Source of the DNA: a virus
Lineage: Duplodnaviria; Caudoviricetes
Length of the DNA: 46,909 bases
Strand: one strand, 5' to 3'
IMG/VR virus record: IMGVR_UViG_3300012940_000037
Coordinates: 1-46,909 of that record
Made by a program: the position numbers and the translations under genes. This document shows, one piece after another, positions 1 to 7,648 of the stretch. Numbering within the stretch: the first letter of the stretch is position 1; each line of letters begins with the position of its first letter. The notes beneath the pieces were generated by a model, which did not search any database, was not told where the DNA came from, and saw only the letters and a list, made by a program, of their open reading frames with translations.

Positions 1-123
1 ACCAGCGGCGATGCTCGTTGGCAAAGGGGTTCCCGGAGCGCTAGCGGAGGGGTTCCCACGGCAGCTTTACGGGCTGCACAGGTCGATACAGAACGCATGG
101 CGAACCATGATCAACTAACCTCG
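1..123. repeat. Terminal direct repeat, copy 1 (circular assembly overlap or phage DTR)
   Basis: 1-123 is identical to 46787-46909. Confidence 0.95.
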
Positions 124-412
124 GGATTGTGGGGGTCAATCGGGGGGGCGCACAAGCAAGTGAACGCTTGCAAAGCAGCCAACATACCGCTTGGTACGGA
201 GTGTCAACCAAAGTTGACGCATGCCGGCGCAGACGCCGGCGATTGGGCGCTGTGCGCCATGGTGGCACCCCACTTGACCTGCATAGATACCACGTGATGC
301 GATCCAACACCATAGGATCGGCCACCAGGGCGCCCCAAGAGGCGCCCCATCGTTGACCAGGGCAAACGTCGGAGCGTGCTCGCTTCGTCGCTCGCAGTCA
401 CCACGTTTGACC

Positions 413-431
413 CCGGCGTTTTAAACGCCGG
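413..431. promoter_or_regulatory. Near-perfect palindrome in the terminal non-coding region
   Basis: CCGGCGTTT-T-AAACGCCGG; function unknown. Confidence 0.4.
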
Positions 432-500
432 CTCGACTCTCCTCATACTATCCACCCCCGAATCTGTGTAGATTTTGCTAGAATGTCGTTCTGTTTGATG

Positions 501-516
501 GTAACAATTTGGTTAC
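501..516. promoter_or_regulatory. GTAAC-N6-GTTAC site (GlnR/MtrA-type GTnAC-N6-GTnAC box)
   Basis: GTAAC AATTTG GTTAC; a similar site occurs at 28757-28772. Confidence 0.35.
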
Positions 517-645
517 TGGCCCCAGGTGAAAGGGGGTATATCAAATCGTTACCTTTGTTGTGCGAGGAGAAGCGCGTTTCCTCGTACATTCTTCTTATAG
601 AGGGGTTTTAAAGAAAGGGGAGGGGCGGAACGCCCGAAGCCCCTC

Positions 646-678
646 CCCGAACATGGCCGGCCTTCTGAGGGCCGGCCC
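646..678 (+). repeat. 33-bp direct repeat, copy 1, within hairpin cluster R1 (about 560-900)
   Basis: CCCGAACATGGCCGGCCTTCTGAGGGCCGGCCC is identical to 28401-28433. Confidence 0.9.
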
Positions 679-918
679 GAACGAACGAGGGCAGAGGGCT
701 CTAAAGCCCGTCGCCCTCATGTAGAGAGAAGACCTCGAAAGAAAAGGGCTCCGCCCATATGGAGCGGAGCCCGATTCAGAGGGAAAGGGTAAGGCTGCAA
801 CAAGCCCCGTAGACAGTGCCTTACCCTTCCCCTCGTCCTTGGCGGGCTTCTAGCCCGCATATGGCAGCGGTCACTTGTTCTGGACCGCTGCCCTTTCTGG
901 CGCATGCGCGCGAGAAAG

Positions 919-1107
919 TCAAAAGCGGGTCATCCTCGCTACGATTTCCCGGATCGCCTCGGTAGCGGCCAGAGGTACGACACGAGAGGTTACGCGCTTG
1001 TGCTCCAGGTCGATCACGGCAATGGTGCCGTAGTCCTCTAGCCTGTACTCATCAGCGCTCAATGCGCTGATGAGGTTGTCGATACCCTCTTTCACGGCAG
1101 GCGTCAT
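919..1107 (-). CDS. Hypothetical protein (MTPAVKEG..., 62 aa)
   Basis: AGGAGG RBS upstream of the ATG at 1107; globular-looking sequence. Confidence 0.6.
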   Translation of the reverse strand: MTPAVKEGIDNLISALSADEYRLEDYGTIAVIDLEHKRVTSRVVPLAATEAIREIVARMTRF

Positions 1108-1174
1108 GCCTGGCCTCCTAACCTTCTCGGGAAGTGGGTCCACAAGTTCACCCTGTCATCGCCGGTTAATGCCT

Positions 1175-1384
1175 TCACAGCGTGCCCCCGAGGACGCTGC
1201 GGCGGAACTGGACGTGGAGAGCTCGAATTGTGCCTTGCATGCCGCGCTCGAAGGCGCGGCGCAGAGTTGAGTCAGGACGCAGGACCAGGGCCGCGGCGTC
1301 ACGTAGCGCCTGCGGCGGCCGGCGTCGGGTGAAGAGCATGGGGTGCCGCCCACAGCGGCACGGGATGACGACGACTTCATACAT
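1175..1384 (-). CDS. Hypothetical protein (MYEVVVIPCRCG..., 69 aa)
   Basis: GGAGGG RBS upstream of the ATG at 1384. Confidence 0.5.
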   Translation of the reverse strand: MYEVVVIPCRCGRHPMLFTRRRPPQALRDAAALVLRPDSTLRRAFERGMQGTIRALHVQFRRSVLGGTL

Positions 1385-1704
1385 CTTTGCCCTCCTTCCT
1401 GTGGAAGGGGAGGACGCGACGCCCCCAACCCCCGAGACCCGCCGCGCCCTCCCCGGTGCGGCAGGCGATCCCTTGCGCCGGCCGCGTGCGGTCGCCGACA
1501 GCGCAGAGAGATTGACGAGCGACCGCGATAGAGAGGGCGCCGTACACGCCAATGACCGGCGCCCTCAGCCTGTGGGGGTGCAGGTGCGAGTCGGGAGCGA
1601 TTCCGGCTCGAACCTTGCGTGAGCAGTCACAATGTAGCACCAGGGGCAGGTTTCGGCCTAGCCGCAAATGTTGCGTTTTGGCTACGGGAACACGGGAATG
1701 TGTT

Positions 1705-1977
1705 TCAGTCCAAAACGTCCCCATTTGTCGGGATCACGACGCTTCCCTTGGCGGGCAACGTGACGATGAGCCGCCGCTCTCTGAGCAGGGCGAACGCCTG
1801 CCGGATCGTGTTGCGGCCTACGCGGAAGTAGTGCTGTAGCTCAACCTCGCTCAAGACTGTCTTCGCAGGCCAGCGGCCATCTTTGATCCTGGCTTCGCAC
1901 CATGCCGCTATCTGCTGGTAGCGGTAGACGGTCGGGTCCCAATCTTCGTCGTCCCATGGCGGCTCGTTCGTCAGCAT
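1705..1977 (-). CDS. GntR-family winged-helix transcriptional regulator (HTH domain only)
   Basis: YQQIA..I..G.WP...LSE.EL...F.V.R.T.RQA...L...LI...KGS matches the GntR pattern. Confidence 0.85.
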   Translation of the reverse strand: MLTNEPPWDDEDWDPTVYRYQQIAAWCEARIKDGRWPAKTVLSEVELQHYFRVGRNTIRQAFALLRERRLIVTLPAKGSVVIPTNGDVLD

Positions 1978-2045
1978 GGGCGGACCCTAAAGGGCCTGTG
2001 ACCTGCGGTCATAGACCGGACGGTAACTGGCTGTGTCGGCATAGC

Positions 2046-2065
2046 CCTATACAGGACGGTATAGG
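2046..2065. promoter_or_regulatory. Inverted repeat between the divergent GntR and 2083 genes; candidate operator
   Basis: CCTATAC-AGGACG-GTATAGG. Confidence 0.4.
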
Positions 2066-2082
2066 TCACGTACCCTTGTGGT

Positions 2083-2370
2083 ATGGAAGCCGTCTCGAAC
2101 GATGGCGGGCCGTCGCTCGCCCTGCCGATAGGCAAAACGGAACTGACTCGCCGCCACCTGATAGCGGCGCGCAGGCGAGGGTTTCGGCCCGATCTCCTCA
2201 ACGTCCACGAGGATTCGCTAGGGCTTCAGGGGTACCTGGAGCTGGCGCACGCGGCCGGCCTCCTGGAGGACCGGCTACCCGAGGCACACAGCCCGGTACC
2301 GGCGATGCGCCGTGTCTGGGTCGTGCCCGATATGGGCTTTGTCGAGCTGGTGACGGGCGACCATGGCTGA
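2083..2370 (+). CDS. Hypothetical protein
   Basis: ORF overlaps the start of the next ORF, suggesting coupling. Confidence 0.55.
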   Translation: MEAVSNDGGPSLALPIGKTELTRRHLIAARRRGFRPDLLNVHEDSLGLQGYLELAHAAGLLEDRLPEAHSPVPAMRRVWVVPDMGFVELVTGDHG

Positions 2371-2587
2371 TCCTGCCCCGCGGCCCAACTACCACTTGCG
2401 CGAGGTGGATGGGCTGATATGGGTGTACGCCGATGGCGTGCGACACAGCCGGTACGGGGTGAGGATGCCGGAGAACGGTCGCGGCCGGCGAGCCTTGGAG
2501 GCTGTTCCGGATCTGCTCAACAAGAAAAAGCTGCCGTTCTCTGTGCAGATGGACGCGTTCTCTTTCTATCTTCACTTCCTCTGGTGA
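2363..2587 (+). CDS. Hypothetical protein
   Basis: Overlaps the upstream stop; followed by a terminator-like hairpin. Confidence 0.55.
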   Translation: MADPAPRPNYHLREVDGLIWVYADGVRHSRYGVRMPENGRGRRALEAVPDLLNKKKLPFSVQMDAFSFYLHFLW

Positions 2588-2705
2588 CCCTTTGACCCTC
2601 CCCCGTGGGCGGCGTAGGGGCGGCCCCTGTCATCCCTGCCTGGATGACTGCTCCTTTGAGCCGTGCTCCCGCTCGCGGGGGAGCCTCAACCTCGTACACT
2701 CATGA

Positions 2706-2746
2706 CAGAAGCCCCGCCTTCCACGAGAAAGCGGGGCTTCTGCTTT
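2706..2746 (+). terminator. Intrinsic terminator-like hairpin
   Basis: CAGAAGCCCCGC ... GCGGGGCTTCTG followed by CTTT. Confidence 0.55.
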
Positions 2747-2899
2747 GGCCAGACAGCGAGGGTGCATGCGGGGTAGGCAATTCCGCTCGTCTGGCCCGGC
2801 GACGCCCGTACGAAGCCGTCCGCTACATGTGAAGGGGACGCCGAGTGAAGATCCCCCAGCTTCGGGCTTCGCGAGGCATGACTAAACATACACTGATCT

Positions 2900-4756
2900 T
2901 TGAGTAGAAGTAAAGCTCCGCACCGCCCTAGCATTGCTGAGGCCAAAGAGATCGTCCTGGGGGCGATCCGCCAGGGTCGTACGGTCGATTGGGCGATGAC
3001 CTCCGTGGGTCGTCATCCGAGGACGTACGAGGACTGGCGTAAGAAGGACGCCTCGTTCCGCGACCAGGTTGACCTGATCCGGGCACGCCGTACGAACGGC
3101 GTGGACATGCCGGCGCTCTCCTTCGAGGAGTTCCGCCGCGACTACTTGGGGTCGCAGACGTTCGGCCATCAGTCGAACATGATCGCTGTCGTGGAGGGGC
3201 GGGAACCGCCCTGGCTGCACCCGAGCATGATCTACGAGCCTCGCTCGCGTCAGCACATCCTGATCAACGTTCCCCCAGATCATGCCAAAACGGTCACGCT
3301 GACCATTGACTATGTTACGTACCTGATCGTGACGAACCCGAACGAGCGGGTTGTTCTTGTGTCGAAGACGCAGGAACTAGCGAAGCAGATGCTTTGGGCT
3401 ATCAAGCAGCGTCTAACTCACCCAAAGTACGCCCGCATGCAACGGGACTTCGGGCCGGCCGAAGGCTTCAATTCTGAGGACGCCATCTGGCAGGCGGACA
3501 GGATCTATTTCCCTTCGTCCATTCGTGACCCTGAGGAGAAAGACCCGACCGTCCAGGCCATCGGTATCGGTGGCCAGATTTACGGCGTTCGCTCGACCAA
3601 GATTTTTCTTGATGACGCGGTGCTTCTGAGCAACGCGCATTTGCACGAGAGCCAGCGGCGCTGGCTGACGCAGGAAGTCATCACCCGCCTTGGTGACACG
3701 GGGCAGCTCGTTGTCGTGGGCACGAGGGTTGACCCGATCGACCTCTATTCGGAGCTGCGTAATCCGGACAACTATCCGGACGAGGAAGAGCCTCCCTGGA
3801 CTTACCTCGGCATGCCGGCCGTCCTCGAATACGCGGACGACTCTAAGGATTGGGTGACGCTCTGGCCGCGCTCTGATCAGCGCTGGCCCAACAGTGAGGA
3901 CCAGGCCGACGAAGACGGCCTCTATCCTCGCTGGTCTGGTCCTAAGCTCGCCAAGCGCAGGGCGCTTGTCGGCCCGCGGATCTGGTCGCTCGTCTATATG
4001 CAGATGGACGTGCCGTCAGATTCGATTTTCCAGCCGGCAGACATCAAGGCGTGCACCAACGGTAACCGTACGGTGGGTGTGCTTTCCTCGTCCAACCCGC
4101 ATCACCGCGACAGCGGGATGCAGGGTTTGTACGTCATTTGCAGCATGGACCCCGCCATGGCCGGCGAGACTGCGACGATCGCGTATGCGGTTGATCCGAA
4201 GGACCTGAAACGGTACGTGCTCGAAGCTCACCGCATGCGGGCGCCGAGCCCGCAAGCGATCCGCGACATCATCCAGCACTGGACGGACAAATACCAGCCG
4301 TCATGCTGGATCGTGGAGAAGAACGCCTTCCAGCTCTTCCTCACTCGTGACGAGCAGATCCGGCAGTACCTCGCTAATCGAGGCGTCAGCCTGGTCGAGC
4401 ATTACTCGTCAAACAATAAGCTTGATCCTGACTTCGGTGTCGCTTCCCTCGCCCCGCTCTTCACAGAGCGGATGATTGAACTGCCTTCTAGTCACAATTC
4501 CGAGGGCGTCAAAGCCCTCGTTGAGCAGCTCATCACGTGGCGCCCTGGCGCCAAAGGCAAAGATCTCGTTCAAGACCTGCCGATGGCCTTGTGGTTCGCC
4601 GAGATCAAAGCTCGTGAAGTGGTCGCGTCGCGCACCGCGCGAGCGAACTCCCACGCAAATTCAAAGTACGTTCCGAGATACCGGCGCGGAGCGCAGCAGG
4701 TTGTTCGGATTGACGATTGGCTTCGTAGCCAGAATGAAGTAACCCTTGCCTCGTGA
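2900..4756 (+). CDS. terL: Terminase large subunit with an N-terminal HTH-like extension
   Basis: Deviant Walker A (PPDHAKT), Walker B (KIFLDD), coupling motif VVVGTR, nuclease motifs SMDPA, IVEKNAFQ and QDLPMALWF; precedes the portal. Confidence 0.9.
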   Translation: MSRSKAPHRPSIAEAKEIVLGAIRQGRTVDWAMTSVGRHPRTYEDWRKKDASFRDQVDLIRARRTNGVDMPALSFEEFRRDYLGSQTFGHQSNMIAVVEGREPPWLHPSMIYEPRSRQHILINVPPDHAKTVTLTIDYVTYLIVTNPNERVVLVSKTQELAKQMLWAIKQRLTHPKYARMQRDFGPAEGFNSEDAIWQADRIYFPSSIRDPEEKDPTVQAIGIGGQIYGVRSTKIFLDDAVLLSNAHLHESQRRWLTQEVITRLGDTGQLVVVGTRVDPIDLYSELRNPDNYPDEEEPPWTYLGMPAVLEYADDSKDWVTLWPRSDQRWPNSEDQADEDGLYPRWSGPKLAKRRALVGPRIWSLVYMQMDVPSDSIFQPADIKACTNGNRTVGVLSSSNPHHRDSGMQGLYVICSMDPAMAGETATIAYAVDPKDLKRYVLEAHRMRAPSPQAIRDIIQHWTDKYQPSCWIVEKNAFQLFLTRDEQIRQYLANRGVSLVEHYSSNNKLDPDFGVASLAPLFTERMIELPSSHNSEGVKALVEQLITWRPGAKGKDLVQDLPMALWFAEIKAREVVASRTARANSHANSKYVPRYRRGAQQVVRIDDWLRSQNEVTLAS

Positions 4757-6542
4757 TATGAAGTTCATCGCGGCCAAGGTGCGCGAGCTGCGCACGAACG
4801 CCGCCGAGCGCGACCGCGCAATGTCGGACATTTACGAGGTTCGTAACGGCAACATCGACGCGGTATATCCTCAGATGTTCAACGAGGATTTCCCGAAGCC
4901 GATCATCTCGAACTTCATCGACATCGCAGCCAGAGATGTCGCCGAGAGCCTGGCCCCGCTGCCTTCCTTCAACGCGTCCGCGACCAACATGGTTTCGGAC
5001 CGGGCGCGGGAGCGCGCCGATAAGCTGACCAAGGGCGTAGCCTACTATCTGCAACACTCCAGGCTCCAGAAGCAGATGTATAACGGCGCGGACTATTACG
5101 CGTCGTACGGCATGATGCCCATCATCATCGAGCCTGACTTCGACGCGAAGTGCCCGCGCTTCCTGATTCAGGACCCGCGCAACACCTACCCCGAGATTGA
5201 CCGTTTCGGGCGTGTCCGCTCGTACACGAAGGTTTTCAGAAAGAGCATCGCTGACCTGTGCGCGGAATACCCCGAGCACGCGGATAGGATTCCCGGCGCC
5301 GGGGAGACGCCGTACTCTCAAACGCTTATCGAAGTCGTCTTGTATATGGACGACTCGACAACAAACATGTTCCTCCCTGACCGGCACGACCTTCTGTTGT
5401 CGGAGGTGAGGAATCCGCTAGGGCGATGCCCTGTCGTAATCGCGCAAAGACCAGGACTGGTCTTGGCTCGCGGACAATTCGATGACGTTTTGTGGACGCA
5501 GGTTGCGCGCAACAGATTCGCGAACCTGGCCATGGCCGCCGCCGAAATGGCGACCGAGGCACCCCTAGCAGTACCGTACGACGTCCAAGAGGTCTCTTTC
5601 GGCCCTCATGCAATGATCAGGTCGCAGACTCCGGAGAAAATCCGGAGGGTCGCGACCGAGCTTCCGCAAGCGGCCTTCATTGAAGGCCAGATGCTCGACG
5701 CGGAGTTGAGGACTGGCGCCCGCTATCCTGAGTCGCGTACCGGAAATATGGACGCGTCGATCATTACCGGGCAGGGCGTTCGAGCCCTGCAAGGCGGATT
5801 CGACAACCAGATCAGGGCGGCTCAAGATGTGCTCGCGGACGCGTTCCGCGAGGCGGTCTCGATCGCGCTCATGATGCATGAGCGCTACTGGCCTGACGAG
5901 GAACAGAGCATCGCCGGCAACGCCGATGGCGTGCCGTACGAGGTCAAGTTCAAGCCGTCCAGGGACATCAACGGCGCCTATCGCTCGATTGACGTTTCCT
6001 ACGGCTTTGCCGTGGGGCTGGACCCTAACCGGTCCCTCGTCTTCATCCTGCAAATGCTGGGTGCTCGCCTGATCTCCAAGGATCTGGCGCGCAGGCAATT
6101 CCCGTTCAACGTGAACGTCACGGAAGAGGCTGCGAGGATCGAAATCGAAGACCTTCGAGACTCGCTGGTCCAGTCAATGGCCGGCTACGCGACAACCCTC
6201 CCGATGATGGCGCAAGCGGGCATGGACCCCGGCGAAGCCGTAGGCCGAATCGCAGCCGTCATCAAGGGCAGGCAAAAAGGTAAGGCATTGGAAGATGTGG
6301 TCTCGGAAGCATTCGCGCCTCCGGAGCCCCCGCCCGGATCTGAACTCATGCCTGGTGTTGAGCCCGCCATGGGCGGCGCTCCCGGCATGCCGGGCGGGGG
6401 AGGGCCTTTTGGCGCCCCGGCGCCCGGTCAGGCGCAGATGGGTCCTGGCGGTCGCCCCGACCTTTTGACAATGCTGGCCGGGTTGAATAGCGGGGGCGGG
6501 CCGACGACGAATGTGAACGTAAAGCGGGCGCTGCCCGCGTAA
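4746..6542 (+). CDS. Portal protein
   Basis: 598 aa directly after the terminase; NFID..ARD, LGRCPV and GQFDD motifs; Pro/Gly-rich tail typical of podovirus-like portals. Confidence 0.8.
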   Translation: MPRDMKFIAAKVRELRTNAAERDRAMSDIYEVRNGNIDAVYPQMFNEDFPKPIISNFIDIAARDVAESLAPLPSFNASATNMVSDRARERADKLTKGVAYYLQHSRLQKQMYNGADYYASYGMMPIIIEPDFDAKCPRFLIQDPRNTYPEIDRFGRVRSYTKVFRKSIADLCAEYPEHADRIPGAGETPYSQTLIEVVLYMDDSTTNMFLPDRHDLLLSEVRNPLGRCPVVIAQRPGLVLARGQFDDVLWTQVARNRFANLAMAAAEMATEAPLAVPYDVQEVSFGPHAMIRSQTPEKIRRVATELPQAAFIEGQMLDAELRTGARYPESRTGNMDASIITGQGVRALQGGFDNQIRAAQDVLADAFREAVSIALMMHERYWPDEEQSIAGNADGVPYEVKFKPSRDINGAYRSIDVSYGFAVGLDPNRSLVFILQMLGARLISKDLARRQFPFNVNVTEEAARIEIEDLRDSLVQSMAGYATTLPMMAQAGMDPGEAVGRIAAVIKGRQKGKALEDVVSEAFAPPEPPPGSELMPGVEPAMGGAPGMPGGGGPFGAPAPGQAQMGPGGRPDLLTMLAGLNSGGGPTTNVNVKRALPA

Positions 6543-6553
6543 GGAGTGAAGCC

Positions 6554-6718
6554 ATGGCCTGGCTGAAGTACACGAAGGCGATCGTTGCCGGCGTTGCCGC
6601 CGTTCTGATCGTTGTTTCTGGCGCCATGACGGGCGCACCCGTCAGCACCGAGGCGATTATCGCTGTCCTCGGCGCGCTGGGCGTCTTCGCCCTGCCGAAC
6701 AAGGAGGCGACGGCGTGA
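6554..6718 (+). CDS. Small two-TM holin-like protein (54 aa; not in the ORF track)
   Basis: AAGGAG RBS; MAWLKYTKAIVAGVAAVLIVVSGAMTGAPVSTEAIIAVLGALGVFALPNKEATA; KAIVA...LGV..vPN pattern of actinophage holins. Confidence 0.7.
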   Translation: MAWLKYTKAIVAGVAAVLIVVSGAMTGAPVSTEAIIAVLGALGVFALPNKEATA

Positions 6719-6945
6719 GCCAGTATCCGAGCGTCGGCCGCTTCGTCCATTACGTGTCCTATGGGACACCGCGAGGCGAATACAAGAGTGAATGCCGAGC
6801 CGCGGTCGTGACCGCGGTCAAGGACGCAGAACTAGGCGTCGTCAGCCTGTGCGTCATGAACCCGGATGGGCTTTTCTTCAACAAGGAAGTGAAGCTCGAC
6901 AACTCCCACCCTGGTGGCTCGTGGCATTGGCCCGAGCTGGTCTAA
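6715..6945 (+). CDS. Hypothetical protein, actinophage-type (PSVGR.VHYVS.GTP.GEY...CRAA)
   Basis: AGGAGG RBS and GTGA overlap. Confidence 0.75.
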   Translation: MSQYPSVGRFVHYVSYGTPRGEYKSECRAAVVTAVKDAELGVVSLCVMNPDGLFFNKEVKLDNSHPGGSWHWPELV

Positions 6946-6976
6946 GGAAATCGATATGCACAAGGGAACCTGTCAC

Positions 6977-7162
6977 ATGCCTAAGCCCGCCCGTAACCCG
7001 ATGAAGGGCGGTCACGCCAGCGCCTACGAGGCTCCGCCTCGCACGAGCGGCATGCCGCGGCGCACCACGAGCGCCGGCGTCGCGAAGACCGTCAATGTCA
7101 GCGAGGTCAAGCCCGGTCAGGGCACTCGCGCCGATGGCCAGAAGGTCAGGCGAGTCGCGTAG
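6977..7162 (+). CDS. Small basic hypothetical protein
   Basis: Fills the gap within the operon; AAGGGA RBS. Confidence 0.5.
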   Translation: MPKPARNPMKGGHASAYEAPPRTSGMPRRTTSAGVAKTVNVSEVKPGQGTRADGQKVRRVA

Positions 7163-7165
7163 CCG

Positions 7166-7648
7166 ATGGCTGACAAGCGTGGCGGATACCAGCGCCCTAG
7201 GCGCCCTGCCCCTGCCTCTGGTCCTGGTGCTCTGAGTCGTCGCACCGATAGCCAGCCGACGCGGCGCATCCCTGATGCGCAGTACGGCGAGCAGTCCGCC
7301 ATGCAGTCCATTCAGGCGGGCGCGCCGATGGAGGGCAACGCCCTTGGCCCTGGCGGTGGCGGCGCTCCGCCGATGATGTCGCCTGGTGCCGGCGGTGGCC
7401 CTCCGGTTGACGTGGTGCCCTTCGGGGCACCGTCCAGCCGATCCGACGAACCGATCACGTCCGGTATCGACATGGGTGCCGGCCCCGGTAGCGCCTCTCT
7501 CGGCATGCTCGACGAGCAGACGCTTCAAGAGCGAGCCGACAAGGAAAGCCTGATCCGCTATCTACCCGTGTTCGAGTTCCTGGCTAACCGTCCGGGAGCC
7601 TCCGCTTCGCTCCGCAGTCTCGTTCGTACCTTGAAGGCGTCTCTTTGA
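7166..7648 (+). CDS. Hypothetical virion-module protein (RGGY.RP..PAP.SGPGALS.RTD)
   Basis: Tight packing in the structural operon. Confidence 0.75.
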   Translation: MADKRGGYQRPRRPAPASGPGALSRRTDSQPTRRIPDAQYGEQSAMQSIQAGAPMEGNALGPGGGGAPPMMSPGAGGGPPVDVVPFGAPSSRSDEPITSGIDMGAGPGSASLGMLDEQTLQERADKESLIRYLPVFEFLANRPGASASLRSLVRTLKASL

